A stretch of 64,000 bases of DNA from Novosphingobium sp. GTDB taxonomy: Bacteria > Pseudomonadota > Alphaproteobacteria > Sphingomonadales > Sphingomonadaceae. Made by a program: the position numbers and the translations under genes. The stretch spans positions 63,938-127,937 of the forward strand of contig JAGHZR010000004.1 in NCBI GenBank assembly GCA_017745295.1, given 5' to 3'. Positions 30,512 to 39,963 of this stretch are shown one piece after another. The notes under the pieces were generated by a model, which did not search any database, was not told the DNA's origin, and was given only the letters and a program-made list of their open reading frames with translations. Every line of letters begins with the position of its first letter. Positions within the stretch are counted from its first letter, which is position 1.

Positions 30512-31540
30512 ATGAGCGAAACATCGGAGAATCGGGTGCTGGAGAACCGGGCCACGCCCGATGCCAGGACCCAGCTCGACATTTATCGCCGGATGATCCG
30601 GATCGAGCGTAACGACGACGCCACCCGCACCCAGATCCGTCGCGGCCGCATTACCGCGCCGTACTACTCGGCGCGCGGGCAGGAATGCATTCCTTCGGCC
30701 ATCTCGGTGCTGCTCAATAACGACGACAAGATCTGCACGATCTATCGCGGCATCCACGACATGGTCGCCAAGGACATGCCGCTGCGCCCGCTCTGGGCCG
30801 AGATCTGCGGCCGCGTCGACGGCACCTGCAAGGGCAAGGGCGGCCCGATGCACCTCACCCACCCGGAAACCGGCGTGATGGTCACCACCGGCATCGTCGG
30901 TTCGTCCATGCCGATCGCCAACGGCTTCGGCTGGGCGGCGCTGCTGGACGGCACCAAGCAGGTGACGGTTGCCTATTTCGGTGACGGCGCCAGCAACATC
31001 GGCGCCTTCCACGAAGCGTTGAATCTGGCTTCCGTGTGGAAACTGCCGGTGATCTTCGTGTGCCAGAACAACGGCTTTGCCGAACATACCCGCTACGAGA
31101 ACGGGACTTCGGTGGACCGGATCTCCCAGCGCGCGATCGGCTACGGCATGCCGGGCTACACCGTGGACGGCAACGACCCGGTCGACGTCTACGCCCACGC
31201 CCACGCCGCGATCGAGCGGGCCCGCGCGGGCGAGGGGCCGACGCTTCTTGAATGCAAGACCTTCCGCTTCATGGGCCACGTCTTCGGCGACAACGACGCC
31301 TACATGACCAGGGAAGAAAAGGCAGAGGCGATGGCCAGAGACCCGCTGCCCAAGTTCCGCCAGAAGCTGATCGACGATGGAATTGCCACCGCCGAGGAAC
31401 TCGACGCGCTGACCGCGACGATCGAGGCCGAAGTGAACGACGCCATCGAATTCGCGATGGCCTGCGAATATCCGTCCGACGACGAACTGCGCCGCGACGT
31501 CTTTGCCGAGGAGATTCCGGCCAAGGAGTACATGGCATGA
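30512..31540 (+). CDS. TPP-dependent dehydrogenase E1 alpha subunit (acetoin/2-oxoacid family)
   Basis: GQE, KGKGGPMH, YFGDGA...NN TPP motif, RFMGH. Confidence 0.92.
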   Translation: MSETSENRVLENRATPDARTQLDIYRRMIRIERNDDATRTQIRRGRITAPYYSARGQECIPSAISVLLNNDDKICTIYRGIHDMVAKDMPLRPLWAEICGRVDGTCKGKGGPMHLTHPETGVMVTTGIVGSSMPIANGFGWAALLDGTKQVTVAYFGDGASNIGAFHEALNLASVWKLPVIFVCQNNGFAEHTRYENGTSVDRISQRAIGYGMPGYTVDGNDPVDVYAHAHAAIERARAGEGPTLLECKTFRFMGHVFGDNDAYMTREEKAEAMARDPLPKFRQKLIDDGIATAEELDALTATIEAEVNDAIEFAMACEYPSDDELRRDVFAEEIPAKEYMA

Positions 31541-32559
31541 GCACTGAAACTTTGGAAGCAACCCTGGTGGAAACGGTGAAGATGAACGGCCTTCAGGCGA
31601 TCAACGCCGCGCTGATGGAGGCGATGGAGGCCGATCCCAAGGTCCTCGTGCTGGGCGAGGACATTGCGGACAACGAAGGCGGCGGCGTCGTCGGCGTTAC
31701 GCGGGGCCTCTCCACCCGGTTCGGCACGATGCGCGTGCGCTCCACGCCGATCTCGGAACAGGCGATCATCGGCGCGGCCATCGGCGCGGCGATGGGCGGC
31801 TACAAGCCCGTTGCCGAAATCATGCTGATGAACTTCACGACCGTCGCCATGGACATGATCGTGAACCACGCGGCCAAGCTGCGCTTCATGTCGGGCGGCC
31901 AGAGCCAGGTGCCCATGGTGATCCGCACCTTGACCGGCGCGGGCAACCAGACCGCCGGCCAGCATGCCGACTTCTACGAGGCATGGTTCTGCCATACCGC
32001 CGGCATCAAGGTGGTGATCCCCTGGACCCCGGCGGACTTCAAGGGCCTCTACCTCTCGGCCATTCAGGACCCCGATCCGGTCATCATCGTCGAAAGCGGC
32101 AAGACGCTGTTCGTGCCGATGGACGTGCCGGTCGATCAAGGCCCGATCCCGCTGGGCAAGGCCAATGTCGTCGCGCCCGGCAGCGACATTAGCATCGTTT
32201 CCTATGGCCAGATGATGTTCACCGTCATGCAGGCCTATGAGGAACTGACCAGGGCGGGCGTTTCGGTCGAAGTGATCGACTTGCGCACGATCTCGCCGTG
32301 GGACAAGGAAACCGTGCTGGCATCGGCCGAGAAGACCGGCCGCCTGCTGGTGGTTCACGAAGCCGGCCGCAACTTCGGCCCGGGCGCGGAAATCGCCGCG
32401 ACCGTGCAGGAAGCGCTGTTCGGCAAGCTGAAGGCTCCGGTCGGCCGCCTTGGCGCGCCTTATTGCTCGGTGCCGTTCGCCAAGAAGCTGGAAGACGCCT
32501 TCCTCGTGCAGCCGCCGGAGATCATCGCCGAGGCCCGGCGCCTCCTCGCGATGGCCTGA
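31537..32559 (+). CDS. TPP-dependent dehydrogenase E1 beta subunit
   Basis: VLGEDI, STPISEQAIIG, EVIDLRTISP; ATGA overlap with the alpha gene. Confidence 0.92.
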   Translation: MSTETLEATLVETVKMNGLQAINAALMEAMEADPKVLVLGEDIADNEGGGVVGVTRGLSTRFGTMRVRSTPISEQAIIGAAIGAAMGGYKPVAEIMLMNFTTVAMDMIVNHAAKLRFMSGGQSQVPMVIRTLTGAGNQTAGQHADFYEAWFCHTAGIKVVIPWTPADFKGLYLSAIQDPDPVIIVESGKTLFVPMDVPVDQGPIPLGKANVVAPGSDISIVSYGQMMFTVMQAYEELTRAGVSVEVIDLRTISPWDKETVLASAEKTGRLLVVHEAGRNFGPGAEIAATVQEALFGKLKAPVGRLGAPYCSVPFAKKLEDAFLVQPPEIIAEARRLLAMA

Positions 32560-32565
32560 AACCGA

Positions 32566-33510
32566 TCACCACACCATTGCATCCGCCCGTTTTTCCGGGC
32601 GGATGTAGATGGAGGTAATCCACGGCGAGAGTGCCTTCATCCGCTGTTCCAGTTCCTCGATCAGCGTTTCGGCATTGCCCATCCTCAGGTCGTCCACGAA
32701 GTCGGCACTGATGGCGACGAAAATCGCCTGTGGGCTCGTGTGGATGGTGCGAATGTGGTTCACCGCGTCGATGCAGGGATTGCCGTTCAGCACTTCGCGG
32801 ATCTGGGCGATGAGCACGGGATCGGCCGCCTCTCCGATCAGCAGTTCCTTGGACTCGCGGGCCAGCAGCACTGCCACGCCCGCGAGCACGCAGCCGATCA
32901 GCACCGACGCGATGCCGTCGATGCGCGGATCGGCGAAGTGGATCGACGCCCAGACACCCATGGCCGCGATGACGAGGCCGATCAGCGCGGCGCTGTCCTC
33001 GAACAGCACGATGAAACCGGGCGGGTCCTTGCTGCGGTGGATCGCCTGCCACCAGGTCTGCTCGCCGCGCCCGCGGTTGAATTCACGCACGGCCAGCGCC
33101 CATGACGCGCCTTCCATCAGGAAGGCGATGCCCAGGACGATGTAGTTGAGCGTCGGGTCCTCGATCGCGTGGGGCTGCTGGATGTGGACCACGCCTTCGT
33201 AGATCGACACGCCCGCGCCGATCGCGAAGATCAGGATGGCGACGACGAAAGCCCAGAAATAAAGCTCGCGGCCATAGCCGAAGGGGTGCGTGGGGTCGGG
33301 CTTTCGGCTGGCGCGTTTCTGGCCGTAAAGCAGCAGGACCTGATTCCCGCTATCCACCAGCGAGTGCACGCCCTCGGTCAGCATCGAGGACGAGCCGCTG
33401 ATCCCGGCGGCCACGAACTTGGCGACGGCAATGCCTAGATTGGCGGCCAGCGCGCCGTACAGCACGATATTGGCCTTGAAATGCGCAGCAACGCTGCCTG
33501 TCTCGCTCAT
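32566..33510 (-). CDS. Cation diffusion facilitator family transporter
   Basis: EGVHSLVD, HPFGYGRE, EDSAAL. Confidence 0.9.
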   Translation of the reverse strand: MSETGSVAAHFKANIVLYGALAANLGIAVAKFVAAGISGSSSMLTEGVHSLVDSGNQVLLLYGQKRASRKPDPTHPFGYGRELYFWAFVVAILIFAIGAGVSIYEGVVHIQQPHAIEDPTLNYIVLGIAFLMEGASWALAVREFNRGRGEQTWWQAIHRSKDPPGFIVLFEDSAALIGLVIAAMGVWASIHFADPRIDGIASVLIGCVLAGVAVLLARESKELLIGEAADPVLIAQIREVLNGNPCIDAVNHIRTIHTSPQAIFVAISADFVDDLRMGNAETLIEELEQRMKALSPWITSIYIRPEKRADAMVW

Positions 33511-33581
33511 CGTGGGCGGTTCCTGCGGGGACTTCGAGAGCCTCAACTGTCACCGCCCGTGCGAGGTTGCGCAAGTCTCGA

Positions 33582-34595
33582 CTATTTGGCCAGCGCCGCG
33601 CGGCCCAAGCACTCGTTCCACAGGTCGGCATTGCCGCAGAGTTGCAGGTTCAGCAGCGCCCGCTTGAGGAACAGGTGGCACGGATGCTCGTCGGTGAGGC
33701 CGATGCCGCCGTGGAGTTGCACCATCTCCTCGGTCACGAAGCGGAAGGCTTCGGCGGCCAGCACTTTGGCGGCGGCGAGTTCGGTGATGCTGGCGCTTTC
33801 GTCCCGCGCGCGCTTCCACAGCAGCGCTTCGGCGACGACGATGCGCGTCTTCATGTCGGCGGCGCGGTGCTTCAGGGCCTGAAACAGCGCGATGGGCCGG
33901 TCGAACTGGCGGCGGACCTTCATGTATTCGATCGTCATGTCGAGTGCCGCGCCCGCCGCACCTAAGCAGTCGGCGGCAAGGGCGAGTTGCGCCTCGCCCG
34001 AGAGCCGGTCGTGCAGCGGTTTGGCACCCGCCGCATCGGTCAGCATCAGGGCAGGGGCGAAGCCGTCCAGCACCAAGTCGAACAGGCGGCGGCTGGGGTC
34101 CCAGATCGCCCGCTCGACCAGCGACACGCCCGGCGCCTCCAGCGGCACCAGCGCATAGCCGCCGGGAAGCTCCGCGACCACGGCGACCGCCATGTCGCCT
34201 TCGAACACGCCGGAAATCATGCCGGACACGGTGCCGTCCGAGGCCTGCGTCAGCTTGGCGGAAAGCATCGGCAGCGGTGCATATTCGCCGCCGGCCAGCC
34301 GTTCCAGCCAGTTCGCACGCTCGGCAAAATCCTCGCTGGCGGCAATCGCCTGAAGGCCAAGCTGCGCCGGGATCAGCGGCATCGCGGCGAGCACCCGCCC
34401 CATTTCGAGGTGCAGGGCGGTAGATGCTTCTCGCGTGAAGCCGAGGCCGCCGTCCTCTTCCGGCAGCCGCACCATCAGCCAGCCCATCTTGGCAGCCAGT
34501 TGCCAGCTTTCATCGCGCGAGGGCGACAGCTCCTCCGCCGGGAATGCCTTCTGCGCGGCGTCGGTGAGTTCGTCGAGCGCAATCACAGCACCCAT
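33582..34595 (-). CDS. Acyl-CoA dehydrogenase, short partner subunit
   Basis: RRQFDRPIALFQALKH, QLHGGIG; overlaps the upstream ACAD. Confidence 0.88.
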   Translation of the reverse strand: MGAVIALDELTDAAQKAFPAEELSPSRDESWQLAAKMGWLMVRLPEEDGGLGFTREASTALHLEMGRVLAAMPLIPAQLGLQAIAASEDFAERANWLERLAGGEYAPLPMLSAKLTQASDGTVSGMISGVFEGDMAVAVVAELPGGYALVPLEAPGVSLVERAIWDPSRRLFDLVLDGFAPALMLTDAAGAKPLHDRLSGEAQLALAADCLGAAGAALDMTIEYMKVRRQFDRPIALFQALKHRAADMKTRIVVAEALLWKRARDESASITELAAAKVLAAEAFRFVTEEMVQLHGGIGLTDEHPCHLFLKRALLNLQLCGNADLWNECLGRAALAK

Positions 34596-35758
34596 CCCTT
34601 CGGCTCGCGCGGCATGTCCAGCATGCGTTCGGCGATGATGTTCCGCTGCACTTCCTCGCTGCCGCCGGCGATGGTCCAGGCATAGGAATTCATGAAATCG
34701 GCCATCCAGTTGCCGGTATTGAGATCGCCGAAAGTGATCGGCGCGACGTATTGCTCGTCCATCCCGCCCAGTCGCAGGCCGAACGCGGAATAGGCCCGCA
34801 GCGCGCGGCTATAGGCGTTCTTGACGATGGAGGCGTCGCCCATGTGCTCGATCCCTTTGATGCGGTTGTCGAGGAACTGGTCGGCAATCGCGCAGACGGC
34901 GTCCACTTGCGTGACTAGCACACCGAAATCGCGCAGCACTCCGCGATCTTCCGAGTGTCCATGCTCACGGATCAGTCCAGCCACGCGGCCCAGCGCGCCG
35001 CGCATCCGGTAGGACAGTTCCATCAGCGTCAGCCCGCGTTCGGAGGCGAGCGTTGCCTGCGCCACGGCCCAGCCTTTGCCTTCCTCGCCCACGCGTTCCG
35101 AGACCGGGATCTCCACGTTGTCGAGGAAGATCTCGGCGAACTCCTCGTCGCCCTGGATCTGGTGGATCGGGCGGATGGTGACGCCGGGGGCCTTCATATC
35201 CATCAGCAGGTAGGTGATGCCCGCCTGCTTCACGCCGTCGGCCGACGTGCGGGCCAGCAGCAGGCACTTGTCCGCGAACTGGGCCATGGTCGACCAGACC
35301 TTCTGGCCATTGATGACGTAGACATCGCCTTTCCGTTCGGCCCGCGTCCTGATCGCGGCGAGGTCCGATCCGGCACCGGGTTCGGAGAATCCCTGGCACC
35401 ATGTCTCGCCTTCAAGGATTTTCGGCAGATAGCGTGCCTTCTGCCCGGCATTGCCGCACTCATGCAGCGTGGCGAAGGCATGGTAGGTGGAGACGAACGA
35501 GAGCAGCAGGCGAGGGCAATCGGCACCGGCCAGTTCCTCGTAGATAACCTTCTGCTCGGCCAGGCTGCGGCCGCCGCCGGGATAGTCGGCAGGCCAGTGC
35601 GGGATGGCATATCCGGCGCGGACGAGCTTGCCGAACCAGTCCCGCTGGGTGCGGACGAAATCGTCCTGCGTGCGGCTGGCATCGCGCCAGCCGCTGGGCG
35701 CTTCGGTGGCGAGGAAGCTGCGGACTTCGCGGCGCAGGGCTTCTAGGTCGTGGGTCAT
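34583..35758 (-). CDS. Acyl-CoA dehydrogenase, catalytic-type subunit
   Basis: WCQGFSEPGAGSDLA, NGQKVWS, TLASERG, TIAGGSEEVQRNII. Confidence 0.92.
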   Translation of the reverse strand: MTHDLEALRREVRSFLATEAPSGWRDASRTQDDFVRTQRDWFGKLVRAGYAIPHWPADYPGGGRSLAEQKVIYEELAGADCPRLLLSFVSTYHAFATLHECGNAGQKARYLPKILEGETWCQGFSEPGAGSDLAAIRTRAERKGDVYVINGQKVWSTMAQFADKCLLLARTSADGVKQAGITYLLMDMKAPGVTIRPIHQIQGDEEFAEIFLDNVEIPVSERVGEEGKGWAVAQATLASERGLTLMELSYRMRGALGRVAGLIREHGHSEDRGVLRDFGVLVTQVDAVCAIADQFLDNRIKGIEHMGDASIVKNAYSRALRAYSAFGLRLGGMDEQYVAPITFGDLNTGNWMADFMNSYAWTIAGGSEEVQRNIIAERMLDMPREPKGWVL

Positions 35759-35840
35759 GCCCCTGTCTGTGCCGATGGGGTGTCGGACCGTCCAGACGGG
35801 GGCGGGGCGCTGTGGCGATATCGGGAAGAAGAGAAGGAAG

Positions 35841-36024
35841 GATTCTAGGGGATGATCCCCCAGACCCTCGGAATGTCGGCGTTGTGCGCGACCTGACCCT
35901 TTCGCGCTCACGGTGAGCCGGGAGATATTATGGCCTGCGGCAGCAGGGAGCGCGCGATGAAGACGGTTTTGGGGTGCGGGGGGCGGAGTTTATCCTGAGC
36001 TTTGTCGAGGGGCTCCCCGCTTTC
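35841..36024. repeat. Structured intergenic element (candidate MITE/REP-like composite)
   Basis: Hairpin GGGGAT-g-ATCCCC at the left end, 10-bp stem 35880-35889/35950-35959, terminal hairpin GCGGGGGGC...GCTCCCCGC. Confidence 0.55.
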
Positions 36025-36340
36025 AAACTTCTACTTCGATGGAATCTCCGACGACCTTCACCGCATAAGTGTCGATCGGCATCGTCGCCGGAGGGTTGAT
36101 CGGCAGCCCGGTTTCGAGGTCGAAGCGGGCGCCGTGGACCGGGCAGGATATCCAGCCGTTCCGCATTCGCCCACATTCCAGCGTTTCGTAAGCGTGGCTG
36201 CACAAGTTGCGCACGGCGAAGATGCGATCCATCGTGTTGCAGAGGATGATGTCGATCCCGTTGACCTCGACGACGAGCTTGGTGCCGGGGGGCACGTCTT
36301 CCAGTCTGGCTGCGGCAACGAAGGTCTTTTCGGTCATCAT
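36023..36340 (-). CDS. Rieske-type [2Fe-2S] ferredoxin
   Basis: NLCSH...ISCPVHGARFDL; about 105 aa. Confidence 0.92.
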   Translation of the reverse strand: MMTEKTFVAAARLEDVPPGTKLVVEVNGIDIILCNTMDRIFAVRNLCSHAYETLECGRMRNGWISCPVHGARFDLETGLPINPPATMPIDTYAVKVVGDSIEVEV

Positions 36341-36517
36341 CTTCCCGGTTTCTCTCTTTTTGGCGTGGACAGGGTGCATGCTTTTGCAACCCGGAGGCAA
36401 GCCGCCGTTGCGGCGCCCGGCGTCTCGGCGTGGCGGTTTTCGCCGGGGCGTTGGCCCTTTGCTTGTGAGCGCGTGGCCTGCTGGCTACGCCGGAGGAAAG
36501 ACAGGACGAAGGATGCC

Positions 36518-37663
36518 ATGCAGTTCGAATGGACCGAGGAGCAGGACGCATTCCGGCACAAGATCCGGGATTTCCTGCATGCCAACCTGCCGGATGACTG
36601 GGAAAAGTTCTCCGAGCATGGCCCCGCATCGCCCGCGCTGACGGCTTTTGCGCGCAGGTTCTGCGTGACGTTGGCCGAAGTCGGCCTGCTGTTCCCGCAC
36701 TGGCCGCAGGAGATGGGCGGCGAAGGGCTGGGGCCGTGGGAGCAGCAGATCCTTTCCGAAGAGATGTGGATCGCCGGGGAGCCACGCGGCGGCCAGTACA
36801 TGAACGTCAACTGGATCGGCCCGACGCTGGAGAAGTACGGAACGCCTGCGCAGAAGGCGCGCTATCTGGAGCCAATCACGCGCGGCGAATCGCTGTGGTG
36901 CCAGGGTTTTTCGGAGCCGGACGCGGGATCCGATCTCGCGTCCTTGCGCACCCGCGCCATGCTGAAGGACGGCAATTACGTCATCAACGGCCAGAAGATC
37001 TGGACCTCCTACGCGGGGCTGGCCGACACCTGCTTCCTGCTCACCCGCACCAGTGACGACCGCAAGAAGGGCATCACCATCGTCCTCGTGCCGATGGACA
37101 CGCCGGGCATCACCGTGCGCCAGATCCCTTCGCTGATCGGTGAAGGCGACATTCACGAGGTGTTCTTCGACGATGTGACCGTGCCCGAAACCGCGCGCTT
37201 CGGCGAGGAAGGGCAGGCCTGGGAGATCGTGGCCTATTCGCTGCGCAACGAGCGGCTGGGCATTCCCCGCTTCATGCTGGCCCGTGCCGCGCTGGACCGG
37301 GCGGTCATGATGCTGCAGGAGCGCGGCGATTTCGCCCGCGAATACATCCGCATCGAGGCAGCGCGCTGTGCGGCGCTGTGCGAGGCGGCGGGCACGGCCA
37401 ATTATGCCGTCGTGCAGAAGCGGCTGGACGGGCTGGCGATCGGCGCGGAGTCCAGTTCCGCGCGTTACGCCACCGTCATGGCCGAGCGGGCCGTCTGCGA
37501 ATTCGTGGTGGAGTTCCTGCCCGAAGCGCTGGCAGGCGCTTCGCCTTATCTCAAGATGCACCACCAGCGCGGCATCGTCGCCGGGATCGCCGCAGGGTCT
37601 GCCGAGATCCAGCTCAACATCATCGCCAGCGAGGTGCTGGAACTGCCGCGGGAGCCGCGCTGA
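36518..37663 (+). CDS. Acyl-CoA dehydrogenase, catalytic-type subunit
   Basis: WCQGFSEPDAGSDLASL, NGQKIWTS, LRNERLG, IAAGSAEIQ. Confidence 0.92.
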   Translation: MQFEWTEEQDAFRHKIRDFLHANLPDDWEKFSEHGPASPALTAFARRFCVTLAEVGLLFPHWPQEMGGEGLGPWEQQILSEEMWIAGEPRGGQYMNVNWIGPTLEKYGTPAQKARYLEPITRGESLWCQGFSEPDAGSDLASLRTRAMLKDGNYVINGQKIWTSYAGLADTCFLLTRTSDDRKKGITIVLVPMDTPGITVRQIPSLIGEGDIHEVFFDDVTVPETARFGEEGQAWEIVAYSLRNERLGIPRFMLARAALDRAVMMLQERGDFAREYIRIEAARCAALCEAAGTANYAVVQKRLDGLAIGAESSSARYATVMAERAVCEFVVEFLPEALAGASPYLKMHHQRGIVAGIAAGSAEIQLNIIASEVLELPREPR

Positions 37664-38580
37664 TGCAGCTTGGCCTCAATGCAGACCAGAGGCAGGTCCT
37701 CGATTCCGTCGATGCCCTCGCGCGGCCTTTCTTGTCCCCGCCGCTGCACGATGCCGGGCTGGCGCTGGAAAGCGAGGAACTCGACGCTGCGCTGATTGAG
37801 AACGGTTTCCTCGATGTCATGGCGGTCGAGGAGCTTGGCCCGGTCACCGCCGCGCTGGTGGTGGAGAAACTGGCCCGCCTCCCGTTTGCGGTGGAGGCGG
37901 CGGCATCCGCATTGGTGCGTCCGCTGATCGATCCCGAACTGCCGCGTCCGCTCTGCCTGGTGGAGGAAGGGCGCATCTCGGTGCCGCTGCGCTTCCTGCG
38001 TCCTGGTGCGACGGTCGTCGTCGTCGGCCCTTCCGGCGTGCGCAGCTTTGCCGCGAGTGGGGGCCTGATCGCATCGGCGCAGGACGACACGCTCTATGCC
38101 TATCCGGTGGCGTTCCTTGTCGGCTTGCCCGAGGCGATGACGGTGCATGACGTCGACCCGGCCGAAGTCATCCGCTCGTGGCGTGTGGCGATGGCGGCGG
38201 AAGCGGCGGGTCTGCTCGGCGCGGCGCTGGCGAGCGTGGTGACTTACGTTTCCGAGCGCAAGCAGTTCGGCCGACCGCTCGGGACCTTTCAGGCGATGCG
38301 CCACCGCCTTGCCGAAGCGCAAGTGGCGACGAACACCGCCTACTGGCTCGCCATGCGCGCGGCGGCGAGCGGGGATCACGCCGATGCGGCGATGGCGCTG
38401 CTCCATGCGCAGGACGCGGCCAGGCGGGTCTGTTACGACTATCACCAGTTCCTGGGCGGCATGGGCATGACGCTGGAGCATCCGCTGCACTTGTGGACTT
38501 ATCGCCTCAAGTTGCTGACGGCGGAACTGGGCGGACGGGGCGCGCAGGGGCTGGCCGCCGCCGAGGCGCTCTGGGGGTGA
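37663..38580 (+). CDS. Acyl-CoA dehydrogenase, short partner subunit
   Basis: ERKQFGRPLGTFQAMRHRLA, HQFLGGMG; TGATG coupling. Confidence 0.88.
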   Translation: MQLGLNADQRQVLDSVDALARPFLSPPLHDAGLALESEELDAALIENGFLDVMAVEELGPVTAALVVEKLARLPFAVEAAASALVRPLIDPELPRPLCLVEEGRISVPLRFLRPGATVVVVGPSGVRSFAASGGLIASAQDDTLYAYPVAFLVGLPEAMTVHDVDPAEVIRSWRVAMAAEAAGLLGAALASVVTYVSERKQFGRPLGTFQAMRHRLAEAQVATNTAYWLAMRAAASGDHADAAMALLHAQDAARRVCYDYHQFLGGMGMTLEHPLHLWTYRLKLLTAELGGRGAQGLAAAEALWG

Positions 38581-38599
38581 CGCGGGGAGAACGACGGGG

Positions 38600-39403
38600 A
38601 TGCAGGGACAGGACTTGATCGATCTGGGCGGGCAGGTGGCCGTGGTCACCGGTGCCGGTCAGAACGCGGGCAGGGCGACGGCGCTGGAACTCGCGCGGCA
38701 CAACGCGGGCGGCATTGCCGTCAACGATTTCGTGCCGGAACGCGCCGAGGCGGTGGCGGCCGAAGTGCGCGCCATGGGCGTGCCCGCACTGGCAGTGCCG
38801 TTCGACGTGACCGATCTCGACGCGGCGCGGGCGGCCAATGCCACGATCACCGCGCAGCTCGGCCCGGCGACGGTGCTGGTGAACAATGCGGGCATGGCCG
38901 GGCCAGGCGCGTCGATCCGGCCTTCGCTGAATTTCTGGGAGGAAGATCCCGCCAACTGGCAGCGTTACCTCGGCACCAATCTTTACGGCGTCTACAACTG
39001 CTGCTTCGCCTTCATTCCCAACATGGTCGAGGTCGGACGCGGACGGATCGTCACCATCGTTTCGGATTCGGGGCGTATCGGGGAAGCGAAGATGGCGGTC
39101 TATGCCTCATCGAAGGCGGGGGCGCAGGGCTTCATGCGCTCGATAGCCAAGGAATTGGGGCGCTACAACGTCACCGCCAATTGCGTGTCGCTCTCCGCCC
39201 TGCTTCCCGACATGCCGGAGAAACAGCGCGCAGAAATCATGCAGGGCGAGCACATGAAAGGGCTGATGTCGCGCTATTCGATTCGCCGCTGCGGCAAGTC
39301 GACCGACGTGGCGGCGCTGGTGACATTCCTGTGCTCGGGCGCGGCGGAGTGGATCACCGGGCAGACCTATCCGCTCAACGGCGGTTATGCGCCTTCGATG
39401 TGA
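38600..39403 (+). CDS. SDR oxidoreductase
   Basis: TGAGQNAG, NNAG, YASSK, WITGQ. Confidence 0.92.
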   Translation: MQGQDLIDLGGQVAVVTGAGQNAGRATALELARHNAGGIAVNDFVPERAEAVAAEVRAMGVPALAVPFDVTDLDAARAANATITAQLGPATVLVNNAGMAGPGASIRPSLNFWEEDPANWQRYLGTNLYGVYNCCFAFIPNMVEVGRGRIVTIVSDSGRIGEAKMAVYASSKAGAQGFMRSIAKELGRYNVTANCVSLSALLPDMPEKQRAEIMQGEHMKGLMSRYSIRRCGKSTDVAALVTFLCSGAAEWITGQTYPLNGGYAPSM

Positions 39404-39422
39404 ATAGTCGGGAGCAAGGCAA

Positions 39423-39857
39423 TCAGCTGTCCGGTTCGTTGACGTTCCCGGCCGGATCGAGCGGGCCGCGACCGCTTCTTGTCAGGACGCAGCGTACATC
39501 GGTATCCGCGCCGTCCGGGCCGACATGGCGCAGGAAGCCTTTCGATGTGCGATGCAGGAGCGTGCCCTTGAGTTCGCCGCCGGTCATCAGGATCTGGCTG
39601 CCGGTCATCAGATAGCTGCCGCGCACGCCGTCCGGGGTCTTGTAGTTGGAGCCGGTCACGGCGCGGAAGTCGTACTGCGGCAACCGGATGCCGACCGGAC
39701 CGCCCGCAGTGCCGTCGCGCTCGCAATTATACTGGCCGAGTTCCATCGTGCCGATCGGGCCGCCGGGAACGGGCGGCGGTGCCGGGCTGGCCGTGCTCGC
39801 AGCAGCGGCGGCAAGGAGGAGGGCGGCGAAAGGGGCGTTACGAAGGGCGCGCATCAT
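39423..39857 (-). CDS. Exported hypothetical protein
   Basis: Signal peptide, two Cys (YNCE...VRCV); divergent from efp. Confidence 0.7.
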   Translation of the reverse strand: MMRALRNAPFAALLLAAAAASTASPAPPPVPGGPIGTMELGQYNCERDGTAGGPVGIRLPQYDFRAVTGSNYKTPDGVRGSYLMTGSQILMTGGELKGTLLHRTSKGFLRHVGPDGADTDVRCVLTRSGRGPLDPAGNVNEPDS

Positions 39858-39963
39858 GACGAACCGCTAGCATCGGCGCGAAGCAATTGCCACAGGCAGT
39901 CTCCTCGGCTAAGGGCGCTTCCTTTCGGTAGTACCGGCTCTTTCCCATCTTAAGGTTCATCCC

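Noticed and set aside
30209-31561. N-terminal 451 aa of ORF 29906..31561
   Set aside because: Antisense to the E1 alpha gene; only the last 100 codons, with their own RBS and lipobox, are a credible gene.
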